A stretch of 64,000 nt of DNA from positions 1 through 64,000 of the IMG/VR virus record IMGVR_UViG_3300020431_000005; one strand, 5' to 3'. The position numbers were made by a program, and so were the translations under genes. Numbering within the stretch: the first letter of the stretch is position 1; every line of letters begins with the position of its first letter. Origin of the DNA: a virus. Taxonomy: Duplodnaviria > Caudoviricetes. Of this stretch, positions 30,201-41,500 are shown in pieces. The notes beneath the pieces were generated by a model. It saw only the letters and a program-made list of their open reading frames with translations, was not told where the DNA came from and searched no databases.

Positions 30201-32032
30201 CAGGATCTTTTACAACCCAAATCGCCACTCCTCTTTTAAACAGAGAAGGTTCAAACTTTCAATTAAAGGCAAATACATTTAACCTGACTTCAGATTTAAA
30301 TGTTGACAATAAATTAACTATCTCTAGATCTGCAGGAAATCTAGAAACTAGTGGATATATTAAAGTTAATGATTATCTTCTTGTTGATAATGTTTTAAGA
30401 ATTGAAGAAAATACTATTTCTACTATTACACCACAAGATATTATCATTCAACCTTCTGTAGGTAAACTTGCAGTGGTAGATGCTACTAGTGCATTAGTTC
30501 TTCCCTCTGGAAGTACACTACAGAGACCAGGAGCGGCAGTTGCAGTAAATGGTTCTGTTAGGTATAACAATCAAACAGAACAATACGAGGGTTATAATGC
30601 TAATAGTCTTTCCTGGTCTTCTCTTGGTGGTGTTAGAGACTTAGATGGAAACACTTATATCTTAGCAGAATTAACTACAGGTTCTAATGATAATACATTA
30701 TGGTTTATTAATGATAATGTCAACACATTTAAATTTACTCCATCATATATGGAGTTTGCGAATGTAAAAAAAGCAAGATCATTAAGTGTAAGTGCTCCTA
30801 CATTCACGGAATGGAGAGCAAATATTCCTGTAGTCTTAGGACAGTTTGTCAAATATAAAAATAATCTATATGAAGTAACAATTGGTGGTACTACAGGAAC
30901 TACAGGTTCAGAACCCGTTCATACTACAGGTGCTGTCGTCAATGGAAGTGCTGAACTTACCTGGTCACAAATTGCTGTTGCTCCGATTACATTTGAAGAC
31001 TATGAAGAGATGCTATTTGATCCTTTTGGATCAAGTCCAGTCAGAGTCAACAACAATCTCAAGTTTCAAAATGCCACAATTTCTACAACAGTAGATGACC
31101 TTATATTAGCACCAAACAGTGGAAAGAAAATTGTTTGTGATTCATCAACTACTATTGCTCTTCCAGTAGGTGCTGATGCAGATAGAGGAGTTCCTATTCA
31201 AGGATCTGTAAGATTCAGCACAACTTCAAGTCAATTTGAGGGATACGATGGAGCAAACTGGGGTTCTTTGGGCGGCGTAAAAGACGTTGACCAAAACACA
31301 TATATTATTCCAGAAACTTCTCCTGGTGCTAATGAAAATACTTTATTCTTTTATAACGATGGAGTTAAGAGTGTAGAATTAAGTACTGGTGCTTTAGATT
31401 TTTATGCGGTTGATACTATTAGATCAGTTACTTCAGATGAGTTAGAAATTACCACTTCTTTACTTACTATTGATCAGGGAGCAACCACAATTGATAATAC
31501 TTCAGCGACAACTACTTTCTTACATAGTTCAAAACAGTACTTAGACATTGGTCTTTCTGCTGGTATTACAGTAGATCCTATTTTACGTCTAGATGATCAG
31601 GGCGATGTATATTTTAATACTACATTTGGTGGAGGATTTAATGGAGTTAAAATTTTTGATGGGGAATTGAAAGAATTTGAACTTTCAGACACTCGTATTC
31701 TATCGGACGAATTTGTTTTAATTAAAGGTTCTGTCGATAATGGTGGAACTGATATCTACACAACAACAACTGAAGAGGGAGCAAAAGTAGTTGTCACAGC
31801 ATTTAACCCAACAACTAATGATAAGGAATTTATAGAATTTGGTGTTATCGATAATGGATCTGATGCATACTATACTGAATACGGTAATGTGATTACTGGT
31901 ACTAAATTAATCACACCAACTTTCGAGTACACCGCAAATAATACCATTAGACTAAATATTCTAGTAGGTGATTCAGTTGGATCTACTCAAAACGTTAATA
32001 TCACTGTTGTTTCACACATCACTAAGAAATAA
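27200..32032 (+). CDS. virion structural / fibre protein (1610 aa)
   Basis: TDTFELQRQKIN N-terminus; G-S-G-Y repeats; two LP.G...RP...G.VR.N....EGY...W..LGG fibre repeats; cupredoxin-like modules. Confidence 0.75.
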   Translation: MPAINVARTDTFELQRQKINSISTQIFNITAGGSDLATGNLKIGDGSKQSPSLAFENDPYLGVYRANVGVMGFVAADKKILNLSSADLTAFQDINLQKNTVSEIIISNAGQNYDAGIYNDVFVSGGTGNGLSLDIDILSHQGVINNDGEGYDPGSYNNVLIINGNGTGAFVNFTVPELEGTISNAGSAYAPGNYNPTFVSSTGSGSGASANVTITGEVDYSGAISDPGTGYTEGENLAVSLFNNPVTTYTLTAITNPGTPPPAEVFAINGVAQQTLTLTKGNTYRFDISDSSLSTHPLIFENTDDSSVDGVVFVTAQNGAAGISGSFIDLIIKPDAPNGDIAYDCATHNGMGAVITVVSGSAGSYGSGMQADITVNATGVVSAVSIGTSGSGYIVNNILTAPGLGLSGGSGFEYTLGSSFTYTGTVASVTIDSQGSGYETGDLLTFSDADLGGGGGSGFSYEVTSNPGSITDLFWQERGSGYQVGDLLELAGPVNGVSAVLSGNISDVSGSCLAASTTLTVDDSSGIVAGMSIIGVAEIPPDATVVSIPNGTSVVISANPTGDNATATFTFSGPGLGNQIVLSSATGIFEGMLITVASGSGTLLPNTSVNSITELGGNFTIELSQDAESPGAVNLNFTPPYGTTQTQDFEYEVEGVGVIDTIAVNSEGNGYEITDQITVDATLLSQPTTYVVTNEALSRMEFVNPPASGTFVVGENITSDGTILYEVKFVKESGGLTSYILTESNTVAAGEDIETETGGVAYTTQNNSTTFKYFIDGLIEPNITLYVNSQYTFDLSDSSNDGHEFALSEFKDGPYAPSLVENVITNLTSGSAAITVSPSEAALILPNMAVTQNSGSGIPNNTTVVSVDTGTNVVTLSNASLIDATSADLTFAGVEYINGVSRTSDALTIVVRDSTPTLYYYCATGAGHENEGGYDNEEVALTIDANNPKVFGSNALFVVSDVNSQNSIAMNIVDGSITLSDVVSTNATITTLSATDITAESGSFTTQIATPLLNREGSNFQLKANTFNLTSDLNVDNKLTISRSAGNLETSGYIKVNDYLLVDNVLRIEENTISTITPQDIIIQPSVGKLAVVDATSALVLPSGSTLQRPGAAVAVNGSVRYNNQTEQYEGYNANSLSWSSLGGVRDLDGNTYILAELTTGSNDNTLWFINDNVNTFKFTPSYMEFANVKKARSLSVSAPTFTEWRANIPVVLGQFVKYKNNLYEVTIGGTTGTTGSEPVHTTGAVVNGSAELTWSQIAVAPITFEDYEEMLFDPFGSSPVRVNNNLKFQNATISTTVDDLILAPNSGKKIVCDSSTTIALPVGADADRGVPIQGSVRFSTTSSQFEGYDGANWGSLGGVKDVDQNTYIIPETSPGANENTLFFYNDGVKSVELSTGALDFYAVDTIRSVTSDELEITTSLLTIDQGATTIDNTSATTTFLHSSKQYLDIGLSAGITVDPILRLDDQGDVYFNTTFGGGFNGVKIFDGELKEFELSDTRILSDEFVLIKGSVDNGGTDIYTTTTEEGAKVVVTAFNPTTNDKEFIEFGVIDNGSDAYYTEYGNVITGTKLITPTFEYTANNTIRLNILVGDSVGSTQNVNITVVSHITKK

Positions 32033-32034
32033 AA

Positions 32035-32535
32035 ATGGCATCTATAAAAGAAAAGTTTGATTCTGCTGGTGGATTTTCTGTAGAGAAAACAATTCATATT
32101 GACGAATTGCATAATGCAAAAAATCTCAATAGTTTTGAATTAAAAAATTCTTTCTATTCTGATAGTAGAGTGAAAAACGTAATCTTGAGAGGTATCAATA
32201 CTGCAGTATTATCTGTAGACGATATTGGTACACAAATTACAATTGAAAATAATACTATTAATTTTATTACCGGAAGAGTTATTGTTGTAAACCCTCAAGG
32301 AACAGCATACTCCGGAAAGTTGGAATCAGTAGTTCAATGTAATTCAGTTGGTGATGTAAGTATCTTATCTACAATGATAACATCTATTAAGGATGATATC
32401 CCTGCAGGTCAATCATGGGTTATTGAACCTTTGGGATCAACCAATCGTTTTAGTTATAGTACGACAAGAGCAGGAACAACACAAACATTAAAGTGGGCAG
32501 TAGCTACAGATGTAGTTAGTATTGCGTGGACCTGA
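32035..32535 (+). CDS. putative virion structural protein
   Basis: 166-aa beta-rich ORF between fibre genes. Confidence 0.6.
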   Translation: MASIKEKFDSAGGFSVEKTIHIDELHNAKNLNSFELKNSFYSDSRVKNVILRGINTAVLSVDDIGTQITIENNTINFITGRVIVVNPQGTAYSGKLESVVQCNSVGDVSILSTMITSIKDDIPAGQSWVIEPLGSTNRFSYSTTRAGTTQTLKWAVATDVVSIAWT

Positions 32536-32537
32536 TG

Positions 32538-32560
32538 CTAAATATATCAGAGGATAAATA
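32538..32560 (+). promoter_or_regulatory. late promoters
   Basis: CTAAATA(32538-32544) and ATAAATA(32554-32560). Confidence 0.65.
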
Positions 32561-32579
32561 GGCGGAGCTAGATAGCACC

Positions 32580-35500
32580 ATGAGTTTTAATATCAATTCC
32601 GATAAAGAGTTCATTAGAGGTTCCAAACCACAACTCATCGGTGATAATGAACTTACGATTAGAACTGGATCTGGTTCTCTCGAAAAGGAGATTATCAGAA
32701 CACAGTTAGATGCAAATACTGGTTTGCCCCGTGTTGGCATCAACCGAACCGGACAGAGAGTAAACGAAGTTAAACTTATTTCCGGTGGATCTGCGTATAC
32801 CAGTATTCCATCTGTAACTTTAGATCCACCAGGTACTGCTGGAGGAATTCAAGCACTAGCATCTGCTTTCATTTTTAACGGTGAAGTAATTAATGTCGCC
32901 GTTAATAATCCCGGTAGTGGATACACATCTGCTCCTGCTGTGACTATCACAGGTGGTGGTGGATCTGGTGCATCTGGAGAATCTTTCCTTGATACAGTTG
33001 ACTTTGAACTTGATATCAACGGCGCAATCAGAACATCAACATCAATTATTTCAGACACAGCGAGAGTTCTTAATCTTGATGTTGATAATTTTGTCACTCC
33101 AGATCTCGTTTTACGAGGTCCAAATTTTAAAAATTATATGAATGGTACTGGAATTCTATGGGATTCCAATGTTATTGTTCAAGAAAACGCTTACAGATGG
33201 TTTGGTTCTAATGTATATCAAGCATTAAATACTGGAACTACTGCATCAACAGCACCAGTTCATACTGATGGTATCGTAACAAATGGTACAGTTCAGTTTA
33301 AACATATTGGTATTAGATCAGAGGATCAAAATGCATTTGCATATGGTGAGACAGGCGAAGCAGGAATTTTTCCGCGTTCTATTACTCCGCTCCTAGGTGA
33401 TAGATCAGACAAAATTGCTACTACAGAATACGTCCTTAACCTAGCAACGAATGACGTTGGTGGTCGTATCTATGTTTCAGAACAAATTGGTTCTGACCTA
33501 AATGATGGTCGTTCAGCAGTTAATCCTGTACGTACAATCAAGAAAGCAGCACAAGAGGCATGGAAAACTGTTGGTGTTAAAGAAACTATTATCGTTTCTG
33601 GTGGTGAATACCTAGAAGACAACCCAATCTCTTTACCACCTGATGCTTCTGTTGTTGGTGATAACTTACGTTTGGTAATTGTCAGACCAAAAAATCCAGG
33701 CAAACATATTTTTAAGTTTGGTGATAAGAACTATGTTACTGGTGTAACGTACAGAGACAAAGTTGATGCTAACGGAGATTCTGTCTCTACTTGGGATTTT
33801 GCAATGGTCTTTGATGACAAGCAAAGAGTCATCTTAGATTATGAGGTAAATGGAGATTTTGGTGTTGAGTTTCCAGTTGGACATCAAATTTTTGGACCGG
33901 ACCAGTTTAGAATTGGATTTCAGGAAAACACAGGATTATCTGCTCTACAAACCGGATTAGAAATTGTTGGTATCAACACAGGTGCTAGAGCAAAAATATT
34001 TGATCTCACTTTTACCGGTACAGGAGTTTTAGAAAATAAAGGCACTATAGACATTACACTGACCAGTGGTTCTATTCAAGAAGGTGAGACCTTTAAATAC
34101 ATAACTTCTGCTTCCACAAATGCTGCTATTAATGCATTCTCAATTAGTGCAGTAAGTGGATTCAATACATTCAGAACTACTACAGATCCCACAGGAGAAA
34201 TTTCTGGTGGTGATTACATATTTTTAGATGATCTAGATGATTCTACTTTCACTTCTGGATATTATGAAGTTGCAAGTATTACACCAGATGACGAAAACAC
34301 CCCAACATATTGGGATGTTACTGTTGTTCCAATTCTAAACTCTCCAGCATGGAATGCCAATACATCAGAAAGTATTTTAATCTATGAAGCAAGTGTTGTA
34401 GAATATCAGTTTGATGGAGTATCACTAGAATCAATTAGAGCAGAAGGCGAAGTTGTATCCGTTGACGAGGATGTTACAAATACTCTGCCAATTCAGAGAC
34501 TTGATTTTTCGCTTCAAGGAGATCCCAGTATTACAACTGGAGGTTTCCAAGATGAGCAGTTTGGCAATGCAGAAGATTTAGGTGGCGTTGTTTTCTACAC
34601 GAATGAATTAGTTGGTCGAGAGAATTTCCATGAGTTCAAAGAAGGTCAAGAAATTTTAATTGAAGGTCTTCCAACTGTTGGTCCCGATTTATCATTTTTA
34701 AATGGTAAGCAAAGAATCTACAAAGTTCTGGAAGATGCGGATGGTCGCTGCCGAAGATTTGTTATACCAAAGAAAGCATCATCAATTAATGATGCCAATT
34801 TTGATCCGGGACAAAATGCTACTGTAAGCACATATTCTAGAAGTGTTACCCTATCACTACTAAACTCACCAAACACATTTGCTCTTACGACTCCAGTAGA
34901 AAGAAGATTTCAAGATGCATGTGTTTTCATCCGTAATAATAGAGACTTTATTGCTGATGAAGTAGTAGGAAGAATTAATGATGAATTTAAAAAAGATCAT
35001 TATTCGGTATATGATATTGGAGGACAATCCACCGCACAATTTACTCCAACAGACGTAACTTACGATACCGCCACAGGCGATGCAGTATTTACAGTAAATA
35101 ACCACGGATTATCTCTAGGAGATGGTATAAGAATTGCTGATCAGTCTATTGTGTTTACATGCACAATGGACAACAATCAAACAGAACATGCGTTGCCCGA
35201 TACAGATCAATACGCGAGTGGAAGATCTTTACCAATTACCGCATCAACAACTAATACTTTTACTGTAAATGTTGGTGCTTCCGGTCCAGATCAGCAGTTC
35301 ACACCTTCTGGTGCTAATTACGATCCATCAACTGGAGATCTTGTTTTAACAGTCGGACCACATACTTTATCTGCCGGTGAAGGTATTATTATTGACGACA
35401 ATTCGTTGTCCTTTACATGTGACATGGATGGAAATCAGTCTGTTAAGACTTATCCACGTCCTGGTATCGATCCTTTTGCTGGTAGGTCTATGCCTATCAC

Positions 35501-38500
35501 ATCTGTTGCTGAAAATACCATCACTATCAATGCTGGTATCTCAGGTCCTAATAAGTACTTCACACCAACTGGTGCTAACTACAATCCATCAACAGGTGAT
35601 ATGACAGTCACTGTTGGACAGCATGGTTTAGGTGTAGGTCGTAGTGTTGTTCTTGTAGACAGTTCACTCACATTCACTTGTGCTCTGGATAATAACGCAA
35701 CTCAGCATAGTTATCCACGTCCTGGTACTGATCCATATGCAGGTCAGAAATCAATCGAAATTACTGCTGTTGGTTCTACCCAACATACAGCAACTGATGC
35801 TCCTTACGATGCAGCAACTGGTGTTGTAACACTAACAGTTGCGGGTCATGGGTTTACTAATGGCGATTATGTCAAAATTGATGACGGATCTCTAACTTAT
35901 ACTTGCGATCTGGATGGCAACACTGTACAGAAAGCATATCCACGCGCTGGATACGATTATCCATCAGGTCGCTGGTTAGAAATCAGTAATGTAACTACCA
36001 ACACATTTGATATCAATGTAGGGTCTTCTTCATATACTGGTACTCATACATTTGTAAGTGCTGCAGCAAATGGCATTGATCGTCAAGACGGAACATTTAC
36101 AATTAACGTTGGAATTTCTTCCGACACTTCTGTTCATACTTTCATATCTGCAACAACAAATGCTATTAAGCATGAACCACAATCAATACACAGTTTCTCC
36201 GGTTCCACATCAAATGCAGTAAAACATCTTCCACAATCTGGTCACACTTTTGTAAGATCTGCAACAAATTCTATATCTGTTGGTGGTAGTTCATTTAGTA
36301 TCTACCTCGGAACATTAGATCATGTTAATACTTGGATTAGTGGTGGTACTGTAACTGCTACATCAAATGGTGCCGTAGCTAACGTTACTAATTTTGTATA
36401 CGATACTGCAAATACTGGTGTCGCAGTAGTAACAACTGACACACCATTAACTTTAGCAAATGATGATATTGTAAGACTAGCAGATTTACTGATTGAATGT
36501 GAAGCTGGACAAAAAATCTATCCTGCTTATAGTTCTCCAACTTCAACAAACTCTGGAACTAATGGCGATGTTCAGTGTAGGCAAGATGTTGTCCACTTTT
36601 GTAATGCACTCGTAAGAGATCTTGAGTTTGGCACAAACCATAATATTATTGAGTCATCTCAAAAGTATATTGTTGATGGCAAAATTGCGTATATCGAAGA
36701 CGAGATTACTCAAAATGTACGTGCAATAGAATATGCTAGAGAACTAGCAGTCTATGCAATGCGTAATTGGAGAACTAAAAATGGTACTCCCAACGATCCA
36801 ATCTACACTCCAAGGTATTCTTCTATTACAAGATACTTTGACGATACTGTTATCACATCTACAGCAACTGATGGTGGTACAATTGCATGTGAAGATGTAA
36901 GATCAGCAATTGACACCTTATCATATCTATGGGTTGATGTCATCACCAATGGTCAAAATGGTACTTATAAAGATGCTGCATATTTAATTACTAGAAATGC
37001 TGATGTAATTGCAAGTGAAACATATTATCAAACTAAGGTTGCTTATCCTGGACTGAACCATAATAATATTGACGAGAGAAAGTGCCTTAGAGATACCAAA
37101 TCAGTTTTGAATGCCTTAGTCAAAGATCTTACTCTTGGAGGAAACTTTGGCATTTTAGAAGCAGGAGAAATATACTTTACTGGAACCGCATTAACCGGTG
37201 TTGCTATTGGTGAATTGCCAGCGGTTCGTTATGCATATACGGTAGCAAAAGACTTAGCGCAAAAGGCAATGCGTAATTGGTCTACTAGTGGAAACATCAT
37301 TGCTGCACAACCAACTAATGCTACGTACAATTCAACTAGTGGAGAACTTGTTCTAACGGTAATCACAAGTAATTTGCCAAGTGGTTTCTCGTCTGCTGCC
37401 AACTGTAGAGTTGGATTCCAATTAGGAGCATTAACATTTAATTGTGCTCATAATAGTGGTGGAGATGATGCAAGTCCTCAAATTTTAGATACAAATCCTG
37501 GACAATCTTACCCGGTTCTTGGATATAGTGAGGGAGGTGGAATTTCCACTATCACATTAAATGTAGGTGCTGCAGGAACAAATACCGATGCTCATACTTT
37601 TGTGAGTGCATTATCGGGTGGAACAATTTTCGTTAATGATTATGCAGTATTAAACACAACTATTCCAAGATTTGAGGACTACACAACTGGAACTGATTTT
37701 CCAAACACTCCCATATGTGCGGGTGTAAAATCTGCTATTGATACTTCTTTCCAATTATTGGACGATATTTTAAGTTATGCTGTTGATCCAGTTAATGGTA
37801 TTGAACCAGGAACAACTACTCCAACATATGGAACTCTATTTACTATTTCTGATATTATTACGTATCCAAACAATTATGTTTATGATCTTAATAATACCAG
37901 GATGGCAATCCGTGGAACATATGATGATTATCCAATTATTGAGGCATCTCCATACACACAGAACGCTTCTGTAATCTCCTTCTTAGGTGGTGGCGGTGCT
38001 GAGGTTGATGGCAACAAAGTTAAGCAACCTAACTGCCCATTCCCCGGTTTAAACCAAGACGGAACAGCTCAGTTCCCAAATCAAGGTAAATCGATGGTTG
38101 CTGCGGCATTCACGATTGTCTCCTTTGGTGGTACAGGTTATAGAGTTATTAACGATGGTTATGTCCAGTTAGTTTCTGTATTCGTTATCTTCTGTGCTGA
38201 TGGTGTTCTTGCTGAGTCTGGTGGTTATGCTTCTATTACAAACTCTGCTACCAACTTTGGTGTTCATGCCCTACGTGGCATTGGATTCAGAGAGGAAGCA
38301 TACAGTTTCGACGTTGCAACTATTACTAATGTATCTTCGACTCCAACAGGTAGAGCAATTTTAACTGTTGATGGTCTTGGTAGAGAACCGCTAGAGCATT
38401 ATATTGTCAAAATCGATGGTTATCAAAATACCAATGAAGACATTGAATACTTTGTTGATGTTGTAGCCAAAGTTGGTGCTGGTCCACCATTCTCTGCTGA

Positions 38501-41500
38501 ACTTACCATTGATGATGGTCAAGGTCAAGCTATGAATCTTACTGATAGTGCAACTGGTGTTCCGGTAGCAACTTCAGTTCTGGATGGTAAAACAATTAGA
38601 CTGCATAGACCTTCTATTGTTAACTCGTCTTCGCATACTTGGGAATATGCAGGTTCTGGTACTAACTACTTAGCACTACCAGAAAACGGTGGTACTAAAA
38701 ATGAGGCAGAAGAACAAGTATCAGAAAACTATGGTCGAGTATATGTTTCAGGTACTGACGAATTAGGAGACTTTAAAGTTGGTACGTTTGCTAGGATCGA
38801 GAACAGAACTGGTAATATTACTTTCACTGGTACTGTTACTATCTCTGAAGTTGAATTCCTGAAACTGAAGGGTGGTGATGTTGTTGTTACTGGATTCTCT
38901 GCTGATAACACTCTTGGTGGAGCTACTACAAGTAATTCTGTTCTGCCTACACAAAAAGCAGTTAGAGATTACATCACTAACAATTTAGGACCTTTCATCA
39001 ATAAACCATATTCCACAAATGCTGTTCCTAGAGCTCTAGTTGAACTTACGGATTCTGGTAAAATTTCTGTTGATCAAATTCCAGCACTCAGACCATTTGA
39101 AGTTTTTACTGTTGTTAATGAGGCCGAAAGACTCCAGTTAGAAGGAGCACTTGCAGGTGATATTGCTATTCAACAAAATAGCGATGTTGTAAATGGATCT
39201 CCCCAATCGTTTATTCTTAATAATGATTTGGATAGTCAGTTCTTGGCATTTAATCCAGATCCAACAATTCAATTTACTCTTAATGATATTTTCCAGGGTA
39301 GCAATACCACCGGTCGCGTTCAAGCAACTGAGTATAGAACTGGAGTTGTATTTACAATCAATCTTGTACAAGGTGGTAGTGGATACACAGTACCTCCAAC
39401 AGTCACAATTGCAGGTACTGTTGGACAAGGTGGAATAGAAGCAAAAGCAGAAACAACCATAGCCAATGGTGAAGTTGTTACAATTTCACTAATCTTCTTC
39501 AATGGAGTTAAAGGTGGTAAAGGTTATACAAGTGCTCCTACTGTTACTATTTCGGCACCTCCAGGATTAGGAACTCAAGCAACAGCAAATGCATTAATTG
39601 AATCCAGACTATATGGAAATATTGTTAATAGAATTGCAATTATTGATACTGATCAGATTGAAAGTAGTGATGTTCCTGCGGTTACAGTTAACCTTACAAG
39701 AGTAGTTAATACTTCATCTAGTGATATCACCAATTGGGTTGGATTATCATCTAATCAGATTGCTGCTTCTGATATCACTTCTGGTACTATAGAGACTGAT
39801 AGACTTGCTAATAGCGGCGCTGCAAACTCGTTTACTTTCCTACGAGGTGATAGTTCGTTCGCTCTTGCTGTTCAATCACTCAAAGGAGCAGAAACTCGAT
39901 ACTTTGCTAAGTTGTATAGCAATGTAAGTAGTGGTCAGAACTCAATGATCTTTACTACAAATTCAGAATTCTTGATTGGTCATTCTGTTCTTTCGAGCAT
40001 TAATGGCATCCAAGCAAATACCAATATTACTGGTGTTATTACTGCAGCTGGATTGACAACTATTTCTATCAATAATCCAGTTTCACAAACAATTACTGCT
40101 GGAACTATTATTGAGTTCCAGCGTGGCAATTCGCCAATGATTTTTGAGTCAACTTATACTCAAGGAAACTTTGTTGATCGTATTATTATCGCCAATGGTG
40201 GTACTGGATTTACTAATGGTCAGTATTCTGATATTGCACTGAGTGGAGGAGCAGGAACTGATTTAAAAGCTTCAATTACTGTTTCTGGTAATACAATTAC
40301 AAAGGCTCTTGTAACATCTGGTGGAATTAACTACACAAGTGATTTTACAATTACACTCAATCCCACTGAAATTGGTGCTGGATCTGGAATGGTTTTGGAA
40401 GCAAAAGTTTCTACTGTTAATAGACAGTATGCAAACGTTGCATTAGATGTTCAGAGAGTTACCGATCTGACTATTACAGCAGATGAATATGGAACGATTG
40501 GTGTATCTAGGTTTAGGAAAGCTCAATTTAATCTTGGCACAAAAGGAAATGGTTCGGTTGAACTTAAAACAGGTGCTGGATCCGGATTAGATGCAGATAA
40601 ATTAGATGATAAGCAAGGTTCTTATTATACAAATGCAACAAATTTATTCACAGGAACTGTTCCTACAGATAGACTTGCTGGATCCTATAACATTAATGTT
40701 TCTGGTTCTTCTGGAAATACACTAAGACTAGCAACTGGTACTAACAACCCAACATCAAACCCAACTCCAAACAATTTTGTTGAAGGTCTTGCTGCTAATA
40801 CTATTAATAATAGTTCTGATGGTTTGAATGATGGTGGAGCTCAACACCTTGTGTTGACAATCAGAAACAAAGGTCAAGGTTTAACTGCCGAAGGTGGTGT
40901 CAGACAAATGGCATTCACAGATAATGACAACATCTGGTTGCGTGGTTCTGGTGATGAAGTAACAACTTTTGGTACTTGGGCGAAGATGTGGACTTCTCTA
41001 AATGATGGTCCTGGTTCCGGTCTCGATGCTGATAGACTTTCCAACAAACAAGCAGAATGGTATCAAAATGCACTTAATATTAACTATGGAGTTATTTCTG
41101 ATAATAGGATTCCAACATTCTTAAGTGCTACTAAATTTAGAGATAATCTTCGTATCCAATCATTTAATGGAGATCCTAAGTTTAAAATTTATGTTGCTGG
41201 TCAAATCTTAAATGCAACTCCATTTACTCCTGGAGGAAATGTCAACATATATAATGCACTTTCTCAAGCAATTGGTGCAATTTCAATTGATAATATTGTC
41301 ATTAATGATGACGCAAGTGATACCTTTAATGATTACACGATCCTTATTGGTAGATTGACCGCCGGTAATTTTATTGGCGGAGAAACTATTGGTACTGCAT
41401 CGAATAGAGTTCCTTACCAAGACTTTACACTTGACGATAATAATGTTGTTGAAGTTGCTACTTTAGAAAGTGATGGTGGTACTGCCAACTTAAGGTTGGG

